A DNA stretch of 64,000 nt from Dehalococcoidia bacterium (GTDB lineage: Bacteria > Chloroflexota > Dehalococcoidia > Plut-88900). The stretch spans positions 2,592,001-2,656,000 of the forward strand of contig OZ240219.1 in the NCBI GenBank assembly GCA_965197645.1. The letters run 5' to 3'. The notes under the pieces are model-generated. The model searched no databases. It saw nothing but the letters and a program-made list of their open reading frames with translations, and was not told the origin of the DNA. How positions within the stretch are numbered: the first letter of the stretch is position 1; the number at the start of each line of letters is the position of its first letter. The position numbers and the translations under genes were made by a program. Positions 20,651 to 29,077 of the stretch are shown piece after piece.

Positions 20651-20700
20651 GATAGGAACGGTTTGTAGGCGTCACTAATCTACCGAACGAGTACACCTTC

Positions 20701-20729
20701 TTGCTTTTGATTCTGTAACCCCGTATACT
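20701..20729 (+). promoter_or_regulatory. sigma70 promoter of the zinc-ribbon gene
   Basis: TTGCTT-17 bp-TATACT. Confidence 0.7.
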
Positions 20730-20747
20730 CTCGTCCGTCGGAGGAAC

Positions 20748-20838
20748 GCCTTAGCCACCGCGTAGTCGGTCTATACCCCAGCCCCTCCTGCTACCTGCCA
20801 AAGGGTACGGGTATATCATCCCGCTGCTTCGCTAAGGT
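20748..20838 (+). ncRNA. candidate structured 5' leader RNA (unassigned)
   Basis: Four nested helices: GCCTTAGC/GCTAAGGT, GTAG(T)CGG/CCGCTGC, TATACCC/GGGTATA, TACCT/GGGTA, between the promoter and the SD. Confidence 0.5.
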
Positions 20839-20865
20839 GGATTATCAAAAGGAGGCTATAGGCTA

Positions 20866-21189
20866 TTGGAGGACAAGACTTTAACCTGCCGTGACTGCGG
20901 CATGAACTTTACCTTCACCATCGGAGAGCAGGAGTTTTTCCAGGAGCGAGGTCTTACCAACGAGCCTCGTCGCTGTCCCTCATGCCGGCGATCTCGTAAG
21001 ACGGAGCGAGACGGCGGCTACAGCGGAGGTGGGGGCGGAGGCGGGGGTGGAGGCAGCTCTTACCGTGAGATGTACTCCATAACCTGCGCCCAGTGCGGCA
21101 AGGAGGCCCAGGTGCCCTTCCAGCCGAGGCAGGGACGACCGGTCTACTGCAGCGACTGTTTCGAGGCGCAAAAGAGCACCCGGTTCTAG
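20866..21189 (+). CDS. zinc-ribbon protein (zf-trcl + CxxC-x17-CxxC domains)
   Basis: EDKTLTCRDCG..F..EQEFF..NEPRRCPSCR; Gly-rich linker; CAQCG..VPFQP..PVYCSDCF; TTG start after AAGGAGG. Confidence 0.95.
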   Translation: MEDKTLTCRDCGMNFTFTIGEQEFFQERGLTNEPRRCPSCRRSRKTERDGGYSGGGGGGGGGGSSYREMYSITCAQCGKEAQVPFQPRQGRPVYCSDCFEAQKSTRF

Positions 21190-21319
21190 TTCCGGTCCTC
21201 CCGTTCCCGGCAGCCCAACGGGCCCGGCTCTACGCGCTTTCTTTGCCCCGGTCTTCCTATCGAAAACAGCCGGTGTAATCGCTCTCGCCATTCGCCTGTG
21301 GTGGCAAGCCGATGAGCCA

Positions 21320-21496
21320 CGGGGTGTGCAAAGGGACGAAGCTCTTTATCTGATACTGCCTGCTGAGGGCCGGGAGTCTGAGAGGCTACGCTGAGCCCGC
21401 CTAAGGGGTGTCCCTCAGATACTTTTTCTCCCCTCTTCCTGGCCAGGAAGGGGGCCAGGGGGAATGGTTGAACAGATTATTTCAGCATCCTGTTTA
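21320..21496 (+). repeat. intergenic palindromic repeat family B / MITE-like
   Basis: GCCGGGAGTCTGAGAG, GGGGTGTCCCTCAGATA, palindrome CTTCCTGGCCAGGAAG, IS-end-like TTTCAGCATCCTG. Confidence 0.6.
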
Positions 21497-21504
21497 ATCC
21501 CGCA

Positions 21505-21957
21505 ATGACCGACGAAGATTTCATGCAATTAGCCTTGGCAGAGGCCCGTAAAGCCCTCGATGAGGGCAACGAGCCTTTCGGCGGCGTGGTGGTCAAGGAC
21601 GGTGAGATAGTAGTCAGGGCCCACAACACGATCAACACTTCCATGGACGTCACCGCTCACTCAGAGACGGAGTCCGTGCGAGCGGCGAACAAGGCCCTCG
21701 GCGCCTTGGACCTGTCCGGCTGCACCCTCTACTCCTCGTGGGAGCCCTGCGCCATGTGCTGCGGCGCAATCCTCGAGTCCAACATGGATGCCCTGGTCCT
21801 GGGCGGTAGAAAGCTGGACACAGGCCCCGGAGAGTACACCGTCGAGAAGCTGATCGAAATGGCGGGCCATAGCTCCTGCCCGAGGGTGATAACCGGAGTG
21901 CTCCAGGACGAATGCATCGAGCTGGTGGACGGCTGGAGGAAGAGGGTCAACGCCTAA
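21505..21957 (+). CDS. nucleoside deaminase (guanine deaminase / TadA-like)
   Basis: EPFGGVVV, TAHSE, EPCAMC zinc motifs. Confidence 0.92.
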   Translation: MTDEDFMQLALAEARKALDEGNEPFGGVVVKDGEIVVRAHNTINTSMDVTAHSETESVRAANKALGALDLSGCTLYSSWEPCAMCCGAILESNMDALVLGGRKLDTGPGEYTVEKLIEMAGHSSCPRVITGVLQDECIELVDGWRKRVNA

Positions 21958-21968
21958 AAGGAAAGAGT

Positions 21969-22730
21969 ATGGCAAACGTCAAAGTCGGCGACAGAAACAT
22001 CTCCTACTCTCTGGCCGAAGGGGACCGCACGGGCCGCACGGTGCTTCTGATCCACGGCGCCACCGATAACGCCAACATCTGGGCCCATCAAGTTGAATAC
22101 CTCCAATCGGAGCACACGCCGGTAACGGTGAATCTGCCCGGTCGGGGCGGCTCCGACGGCCCGCCCATCAGCAACAACGTCGACTTTCGAGGGTTCATCA
22201 AAGCCTTCGCCGAGGCGCTGGGCCTGCCGCCCTTCGTCATCTGCGGGCACTCCATGGGCGGCTCCATATCCCTCGACTTCGCCCGCTATCACCCGGATTT
22301 GCTGGAGGGGTTCATCATGGTGGCCTCCAGCCCCAAGTGGGATATACCCCAGGAGGTGTGTGACCAGCATCGTTCCGACCTGGACAAAGCCCTGGAAGGG
22401 TTCGGAGAGATGTTCTCCAAGCATACGCCGGACCAGATCAAGGAACAGGCCCTCAAAGAGGCCCGCACCGTCCCCGGCGAGACCGGCGCATCGGACCTGG
22501 AGGCCTGCGGCACCTACGATCTGAGGAACGATCTTGGCGGCATCAACGTCCCTGCTCTGGTTACCGTCGGCGACGAGGACGACGATCAGTCTCTGGGCGG
22601 GTCCAGGTTGGCGGCGTCAAGCCTCCCTAACGTTACCTTCAAGCTGATCCAGCGGTCCGGTCATCCGATAATGCTGGAGCAGCCCGAGGCCCTCAACGAT
22701 CTGCTCGGCTTCTTCCTCAAGTCGTTGTAA
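21969..22730 (+). CDS. alpha/beta fold hydrolase
   Basis: LIHGA, GHSMGG, GDEDD, SGH; start at ATG 21969. Confidence 0.92.
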   Translation: MANVKVGDRNISYSLAEGDRTGRTVLLIHGATDNANIWAHQVEYLQSEHTPVTVNLPGRGGSDGPPISNNVDFRGFIKAFAEALGLPPFVICGHSMGGSISLDFARYHPDLLEGFIMVASSPKWDIPQEVCDQHRSDLDKALEGFGEMFSKHTPDQIKEQALKEARTVPGETGASDLEACGTYDLRNDLGGINVPALVTVGDEDDDQSLGGSRLAASSLPNVTFKLIQRSGHPIMLEQPEALNDLLGFFLKSL

Positions 22731-22733
22731 CCG

Positions 22734-24302
22734 CTACACCCTGACGCCGTAACGGGGTTTCGGGCCCAAGCCGGACCTTATCGAACCCTGGGCCGCGTCG
22801 ATGAACTTGTAGATGAACCCCCTGGTCTCGGTGGGGTCCAGCATCTCGTCTAGAGCGAAGTACTCCGCCAACTCCCAGGGCGACGCCTCTTCCAGCCTCT
22901 CCTGCTCCAGCTTGGCGCGGAGCTCATCGGGATCGGATGCTGCGTCTATCTCCCGGCGGTAGGCGGCGGCAACGCCGCCCTCTATCGGAATGCTGCCCCA
23001 CTCGGTTGTAGGCCACATCACCCTTAGCTGAAGCCTATTCGGGTTGGAGGTGGCGTCATAAGCCATCCCGTAGCCCTTCCGCATGTGGACCGTTACCATG
23101 GGTACCGTCGCCTCCGACATCGCCTGCAGCGCTCGCATCCCCTTTCGAAGAGTCCCTTCCCGCTCGGCGTCCTCACCTATCATGAATCCGGGCACGTCCA
23201 CGAGGTAGACTATCGGCAGATGAAAAGTATCGCAGAACTCTATGAACCGGGCTTGCTTCTGAGACCCCCTGGCGTCCAGAGCGCCGCCGATGTGCATTGG
23301 ATTGTTGGCCAGCAATCCTATGGGGAACCCGCCTATCCTAGCCAGTCCCGTGACCAGGCATTGCCCCCATCCCGGGCTTATCTCGAAGAAGGAGTCCTTG
23401 TCCACGACGACGTCGATGACGTCGTGGATGTCGTAGGCTTTGCGCCGGTCCTCCGGCACGATCCTGAGCAGGATATCGTCTTGCCGGTCGGGAGGGTCAC
23501 CGGTATCCAGAAATGGAGGCATATCCCATACGCTCTGGGGCAAGTAGCCGAGCACCCGCTTGAGCTGGCGTAGAGCATCGGCCTCGTCCTCGGCCACGTT
23601 GTCTACCAGCCCCGACTCCTGGGTATGAATGTGGGCGCCGCCCAGCTCGAACTTGTTGATCTTGTATCCGAGGGCCCGCGTAACCAGCGGAGGCCCGCCG
23701 GCGAAGACGCATGCGGTATCCCTCGTCATCACCGAGAAGTGGCTGATCGTCACCCGACCGCCGGCGTAACCGGCACAAGCCCCCATGGCGGCCGTTAGCA
23801 CCGGTACCTCACCGAGTAGCTTGAAAGATGTAGTGAGGCTGCCACCCACCTGGGGCGGTCCCCCCTCCTCCTTGTCCAGGCCTCCTCCGGCCCCTTCTAC
23901 TAGCAGAACAAGGGGGATCCGATACTCGTGGGCCATGTCCTCCACGAACCCTCCCATACCGCCTTTTGATTTAGTCATCCCGCCGGAGCTGGAGCCGCCC
24001 TGCACCGTGAAGTCCTCTCCGCCCACGGCTACCGGGCGCCCATCGATTTTCCCCAGACCCATCACATAGCCCGCCGAGGTGGGTTCCAACCGTGCGCCAT
24101 GAACGTCCCGGCGCTTATGAGTCGTTAAGGTACCCACCTCTTGGAAGCTTCCCGGGTCGGTCAGCTGGTCCAGGCGCTCGCGGATAGTTTGCCGCCCACC
24201 GCTCCTTTGCCTCTCCAACATCTGCTCTCCGCCCAGCTTCAAAGCCCGCTCTCGCCGGTACTTCAGGTCTCTCCTCGCCTCTTCCCAGGTGAATCTGGCC
24301 AT
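22734..24302 (-). CDS. acyl-CoA carboxylase carboxyltransferase, paralog of 18971-20545
   Basis: MARFTWEEARR matches the paralog's MGFTWEAARK; EDFTVQGG, FAGGPP, DVPGFMIG; GGAG SD before 24302. Confidence 0.9.
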   Translation of the reverse strand: MARFTWEEARRDLKYRRERALKLGGEQMLERQRSGGRQTIRERLDQLTDPGSFQEVGTLTTHKRRDVHGARLEPTSAGYVMGLGKIDGRPVAVGGEDFTVQGGSSSGGMTKSKGGMGGFVEDMAHEYRIPLVLLVEGAGGGLDKEEGGPPQVGGSLTTSFKLLGEVPVLTAAMGACAGYAGGRVTISHFSVMTRDTACVFAGGPPLVTRALGYKINKFELGGAHIHTQESGLVDNVAEDEADALRQLKRVLGYLPQSVWDMPPFLDTGDPPDRQDDILLRIVPEDRRKAYDIHDVIDVVVDKDSFFEISPGWGQCLVTGLARIGGFPIGLLANNPMHIGGALDARGSQKQARFIEFCDTFHLPIVYLVDVPGFMIGEDAEREGTLRKGMRALQAMSEATVPMVTVHMRKGYGMAYDATSNPNRLQLRVMWPTTEWGSIPIEGGVAAAYRREIDAASDPDELRAKLEQERLEEASPWELAEYFALDEMLDPTETRGFIYKFIDAAQGSIRSGLGPKPRYGVRV

Positions 24303-24459
24303 TTCAACTCCTCCAGAATAAGAACGACGTAGATGGTACGGTTTGGGTACGGCGGTCTGCGACCGCCCGTCAATGCTATCGCTACGGTAACGGCAAGTAA
24401 AGATAGACAAAGGGTACCCTGGGGAGTATCGTGAGGGCCCAGCCGAAGGCCGTTGAAAG

Positions 24460-25749
24460 ATGGAACACCCAGCCCCACGACATTGGTACAGACCCGGGAT
24501 CTTCTATGGCTGGTGGGTCGCCTTCTCCTACGTTGTCCTGAACTTCTACTGGGGCGGCACCCTGATAGTGGGGCTCACTGCCCTCTTCAATCCGATACGG
24601 GATTCCTTCGGCTTTTCCAACACCATCACCGCCACCGCCTTCTCCCTTCGATACGTCATCTCCATACCGGCCTCTCCCATCGTCGGGTTTGTATTCGACA
24701 AGATCGGTTCGCGAGGGATGATGATCTTCGGCACCTTCTGCACCACCGGTGGGCTGCTGTTGCTTGCCGCGACCAGCTCCGCGTGGGTGCTCTTCGCGGC
24801 CTTTGCTGTCACCTCCGTCGGATTTGCCATCTGGCTCGTCGGCACGGGACCGGCTCTGATGATGCTATGGTTCAAGCGACACCGAGGCAAGGCCACGGGG
24901 ATCATCCTCGCCGCCGGGCTGGCTGGGTCGTTTCTAGTGCCAGCGATCGTGTGGTTGGAGGAAGGGTGGGGCTGGCGGACCACCATCGTGATCATCGCCA
25001 TAGGTCTCTTCGCAACCAGCATGCCGGTCAACCTGCTGATACGACACCGGCCGGACAAGTACGGCATGCACCCCGACGGCGACCCGCCAGACGTCACGCG
25101 GGCGCAGGGCCATGCCCTGCCGCTGGCGGAGGAAAGGCCAAGCCTTGGACTAAGGCAGGCGGTGAACAGCCGGGCCTTCTGGCTCCTGACCATCAGCCAG
25201 ACCATACCGTCCCTCGGGGCCAGCTCAGCTCAGCTCTTCATCATTCCTCACCTGGAGGAACAGGGAATAGCAACGTCTACCGCTGGGTTTGCCGTAACTG
25301 CGTTGGGAATGGTAGGCCTGGCAAGCACCCTGCTGCTGGGTTGGCTCGCAGATTACGCCGACCGGCGGTATATCATCGCCGGCGCGTTTCTTCTGGAAGC
25401 AGGCGGTCTGGTCATGCTGGGATTCTCCACGGCCCCCTGGCACCTTGTTCTCTTCGCATTGCTGTACGGCGCCGGCGCCGGGACCTCCTTTCCCGCCGTT
25501 TCCGCCCTCCAGGCCGATTACTTCGGCGTTGCCAATTTCGGCAAGATCCAGGGGGTGTGGTTTTCCATCTACACCAGCGCCGGTGTCATCGGCCCCATCG
25601 TTGGCGGCGCCATCCGGGACGCCACCGATAGCTACACCTTGGTCTTCATCATCTACGCCACTGCCATACTTATTGCCGTAGGCGCTATAATCTCAATTCG
25701 GAGACCGCACCAGACCGCAGCCCAGATCGAACCGGCAACGGTTGCATAG
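24460..25749 (+). CDS. MFS transporter (OFA/MCT-like)
   Basis: FYGWWV N-terminus, about 12 hydrophobic segments, WFKRHRGKATG, GWLADY, ADYFG. Confidence 0.92.
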   Translation: MEHPAPRHWYRPGIFYGWWVAFSYVVLNFYWGGTLIVGLTALFNPIRDSFGFSNTITATAFSLRYVISIPASPIVGFVFDKIGSRGMMIFGTFCTTGGLLLLAATSSAWVLFAAFAVTSVGFAIWLVGTGPALMMLWFKRHRGKATGIILAAGLAGSFLVPAIVWLEEGWGWRTTIVIIAIGLFATSMPVNLLIRHRPDKYGMHPDGDPPDVTRAQGHALPLAEERPSLGLRQAVNSRAFWLLTISQTIPSLGASSAQLFIIPHLEEQGIATSTAGFAVTALGMVGLASTLLLGWLADYADRRYIIAGAFLLEAGGLVMLGFSTAPWHLVLFALLYGAGAGTSFPAVSALQADYFGVANFGKIQGVWFSIYTSAGVIGPIVGGAIRDATDSYTLVFIIYATAILIAVGAIISIRRPHQTAAQIEPATVA

Positions 25750-25765
25750 CAAGAAGGAGCAAGCA

Positions 25766-26917
25766 ATGGACATCGTGCCTTTCAAAGTCGAGGTGCCCGA
25801 CGACGTTCTCGAAGACCTTCACGACCGCCTCGTACGGACCCGCTGGCCCGATGAGCTGGAGGGGACCGATTGGGAGTACGGTTCGAACCTGGCGTACGTC
25901 AAGCAGCTGGTCGACTACTGGATCAACGATTTCGACTGGCGGGCCCAGGAGCGCACCATCAACAGCTTCGCCCAGTTCAAGACGGAGATCGACGGTCAAG
26001 GCGTCCACTTCGTCCACGAGCGAGGCAAGGGCCCCAACCCATTTCCCTTGCTCATCACCCACGGCTGGCCCAGCTCCTTCGTCGAGTTTCAAAAGATAAT
26101 ACCTCTCCTCACCGACCCCGGCTCCCACGGCGGCGATGCGGCCGATTCCTTCGATGTGATCACCCCCTCCATGCCCGGCTACGGCTTCTCCGACATGACC
26201 AACAGAAGAGAGATGCACACCGAGGCCTTCGCCGATCTTTGGGTCAAGCTCATGACCGAAGGGCTGGGCTATGATGCGTTCGGCGTGCAGGGTGGGGACT
26301 GGGGCGCCACTGTCTCATCCTGGCAGGGGTACAAGTATCCCCAGCACGTGAAGGGGGTCCACCTCAACGCCGTCTTCGGTCCCAGGCCCTACCTCGGCCC
26401 AGGCTCCCGACCTCTCTCCGATGGCGAAGAGGCATATCTCGAGGAGATGCGAGTCTGGGAGCGTGAGGAGGGCGCCTACGGCCACATTCAGGGCACCAAG
26501 CCCCAGACCCTGGCTTACGGGCTGAACGACTCGCCGACGGGGCTCGCCGCCTGGATCGTCGAAAAGTGGAGGGCCTGGAGCGACTGCGACGGCGACCCGG
26601 AAAAACGATACACCAAGGACGAGCTGCTTACCAACATAACCATCTACTGGGTTACCCAGACCATCAACTCCTCGGTGCGGCTCTACTATGAGGACAGCCG
26701 CCACCCCTGGAACCTGGAGCAGGGAGACCGGTTGAACGCTCCGGTCGGCGTGGCCGTATTCCCCGTCGAGATCGACCACCCGATTCGCGAGTGGGCCGAG
26801 CGGGCGTACAACGTGCAGCAGTGGACGGAGATGCCCAAGGGTGGCCACTTCGCATCTATCGAAGAGCCGCAGCTGCTGGCCGAGGACGTCCGGAAGTTCT
26901 TCCGTTCGCTCCGTTGA
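25766..26917 (+). CDS. epoxide hydrolase (microsomal/EHN type)
   Basis: RTRWPD, HGWPSS, PSMPGYGFS, QGGDWG, GLNDSPTGLAAWIVEK, GGHF. Confidence 0.95.
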   Translation: MDIVPFKVEVPDDVLEDLHDRLVRTRWPDELEGTDWEYGSNLAYVKQLVDYWINDFDWRAQERTINSFAQFKTEIDGQGVHFVHERGKGPNPFPLLITHGWPSSFVEFQKIIPLLTDPGSHGGDAADSFDVITPSMPGYGFSDMTNRREMHTEAFADLWVKLMTEGLGYDAFGVQGGDWGATVSSWQGYKYPQHVKGVHLNAVFGPRPYLGPGSRPLSDGEEAYLEEMRVWEREEGAYGHIQGTKPQTLAYGLNDSPTGLAAWIVEKWRAWSDCDGDPEKRYTKDELLTNITIYWVTQTINSSVRLYYEDSRHPWNLEQGDRLNAPVGVAVFPVEIDHPIREWAERAYNVQQWTEMPKGGHFASIEEPQLLAEDVRKFFRSLR

Positions 26918-26975
26918 CAATCCACACCCCCAAATCTATGATTGGCCTGAAGCAGTTTCAGTTGGAGGACTATCC

Positions 26976-27431
26976 GTGCCCGTTTTTCCATCCGTAGAGT
27001 GGTTCGATGCCGTCCGGGAGGTGTTCAACGGCGACGAAGTCTATCGCGGGGCCGGGGGAGGAACATGTGACGCCGAGATCGGTGTCGTGATAGGGGACAA
27101 GAACTGGATCCTGGTGTTCGAAGGGTTCGAGTGTACGGGCGCCCGGGAAGCCTCCGAAGAGGACCTGGTGGACCTCGATTTCTACCTGGAGATGGAGCCC
27201 GACGACTGGACTGAGATGGTAGCCAACATCAGAGACAACGGCCACGCCGATATCAACCACACCCTGAACACTCTGGACCTGGGCTCCGACGAGCCGATCC
27301 ACAAGTCCAAAACCGATGACGGCTACCGCCTGGAGCTGTTCTTCAGGTTCAACCAGACCTTCCAAAACTTCTTCGACGCGTCCTCCCGAGTCGACACCGT
27401 TTTCGAGGGCGCACCCAGCGCCGGAAGTTAG
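26976..27431 (+). CDS. hypothetical protein, SCP2-like fold (paralog 1)
   Basis: GTG start after GGAGG; FPSVEWF, FEGFEC, HTLNTLD shared with the next gene. Confidence 0.75.
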   Translation: MPVFPSVEWFDAVREVFNGDEVYRGAGGGTCDAEIGVVIGDKNWILVFEGFECTGAREASEEDLVDLDFYLEMEPDDWTEMVANIRDNGHADINHTLNTLDLGSDEPIHKSKTDDGYRLELFFRFNQTFQNFFDASSRVDTVFEGAPSAGS

Positions 27432-27452
27432 CTGCCTCGAGAGGTGGAGAAA

Positions 27453-27875
27453 ATGCCCCAGTTCCCTTCGGTCGAATGGTTCGAGTCCGTCGGTTCGATA
27501 GTCAACGAAGATACTAGGTTCCGCAAACTGGGCAACATAGACGCCAACGTCGGTGTCAAAGTCGGAGAGAGGATCTTCGTCTTGAACTTCGAGGCCTTTG
27601 AATGCGCCGGCGTCTCCGAGAGCGACGAGGAAGGCCTCATGGAGGTGGACTTCTACATCGACATGACGGCCGAGGAATGGCAAGGCTTCCTGGCCAACAT
27701 CAAGGAGAACGACGGCGCAGACCTCCAGCACACCCTGAACACTATGGATATCAACCATCCCGGCGGCATAATCCGCTCACGAGACGAGTATCTTCGGCAC
27801 AACTTCTTCCGCTATCTGCTGTCTCTGCAGTTTTTCTTCGACTCGTCGAGGAATATAGAGACGGTCCACGCATAG
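27453..27875 (+). CDS. hypothetical protein, SCP2-like fold (paralog 2)
   Basis: MPQFPSVEWF, FEAFEC, HTLNTMD, FFR..Q.FFD.S. Confidence 0.78.
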   Translation: MPQFPSVEWFESVGSIVNEDTRFRKLGNIDANVGVKVGERIFVLNFEAFECAGVSESDEEGLMEVDFYIDMTAEEWQGFLANIKENDGADLQHTLNTMDINHPGGIIRSRDEYLRHNFFRYLLSLQFFFDSSRNIETVHA

Positions 27876-27883
27876 GGAGCGCC

Positions 27884-28168
27884 ATGCCCCTGTACGAATA
27901 CAGCTGTCCCTATTGTCAGGAGAGAACGAGTAAGCGCCAGACCAGCTACGATCCTCCCGACTCCGTCCAGTGCGGGGCCTGCGGCCAGGAAGGCGCCACC
28001 CGCGTCCTGTCCATCTTTGCCTATCACAAGTCCACCTCCGATAAGATGGCCGAGCTGGACCCCAAGTACGACAAGATGGTGGACACCGCTGTATCCAGGG
28101 CTCCGGTCAGCTCCGATCCCAAGTACCATCTGGACAAGATGGTCCCCTTCGAGGCAGCCCCCGAGTAG
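27884..28168 (+). CDS. FmdB family zinc-ribbon protein
   Basis: MPLYEYSCPYC...CGACG....RVLS; start at ATG 27884. Confidence 0.88.
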   Translation: MPLYEYSCPYCQERTSKRQTSYDPPDSVQCGACGQEGATRVLSIFAYHKSTSDKMAELDPKYDKMVDTAVSRAPVSSDPKYHLDKMVPFEAAPE

Positions 28169-28223
28169 CACCTGTTTCTCCGTCACTGGAGGAGCGTGAC
28201 GGGCACACCAGCAGAGAGGCGCC

Positions 28224-29021
28224 ATGGCAACCATTGATGTGTTACTGGACGGTTGGAACCTCCGCAGCAATGTGGGCAGCGTTGGATGGTGCAGCATAGC
28301 TCTGGTCACCGGCCAGAAGCGGATACTGGTAGACGCCGGACACGTCGGCCGGCGGACTGCGCTGCTGGATGCCCTGAAACAACGAGGCCTGACCTCCGAG
28401 GACATCGACGTCACGGTCATGACCCACGCCCACTGGGACCACAGCCAGAACTACGATCTCTTCTACCACGCCCCGGCGCTGATTCACCGGTGGGAGTTGA
28501 AATACGCTCACAAGCCCCATCCCAACGATTGGGCTACCCCCCAATGGACAGGGGCGATGATCGATGATCATCCCAGGGCACAGGAGGTGGAAGAGGGCTA
28601 CGAGATAGAGCCGGGCATCAGCGTCATCCACACCCCGGGCCATTCGCCGGGCAGTATGGGACTGCTCGTCGAGACCGGCGATGGACTGTGCGCCGTCACC
28701 GGAGACGCCATTCACTACGGAGAGGTCGCCCTCAGCGGAATCAGTCCCATAGTGTTCTGGAACGAGGAGGACTCCCGCAAGAGCATTAAGCGGGTCCTCG
28801 ATACGGCAGATATTGTGTACCCGGGCCACGACCGTCCATTTCGAATGGTGAAGGAGGGCCGGGAGCTGGAGTACCTCTCCCCTCCGGTGGAGCTCGCCGT
28901 TTCGGGTATAACCCCGGACATGGAGGGGGTATCCTTCAACATGGACCCGAGAGCCCCCTTTGTCATGCCCGGGATCGAGGACCAGACCGTGGAGTCCCTT
29001 GGGCGGCTGGCGAACCCTTGA
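28224..29021 (+). CDS. MBL-fold metallo-hydrolase (lactonase-like)
   Basis: LVDAG, THAHWDH, HTPGHSPG, TGDA, PGHD. Confidence 0.93.
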   Translation: MATIDVLLDGWNLRSNVGSVGWCSIALVTGQKRILVDAGHVGRRTALLDALKQRGLTSEDIDVTVMTHAHWDHSQNYDLFYHAPALIHRWELKYAHKPHPNDWATPQWTGAMIDDHPRAQEVEEGYEIEPGISVIHTPGHSPGSMGLLVETGDGLCAVTGDAIHYGEVALSGISPIVFWNEEDSRKSIKRVLDTADIVYPGHDRPFRMVKEGRELEYLSPPVELAVSGITPDMEGVSFNMDPRAPFVMPGIEDQTVESLGRLANP

Positions 29022-29077
29022 CCGGGTATCGCTGCCGACCTTAAACTCGTCATAGCCCTGCCGAAGAGGACGGTTTG

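Noticed and set aside
21505-21957. tRNA adenosine deaminase TadA
   Set aside because: Has the HxE/PCxxC motifs but lacks the TadA-specific EVPVGA, DPTAHAE and downstream RI..LV.G..D.K.G motifs; left as a generic deaminase.
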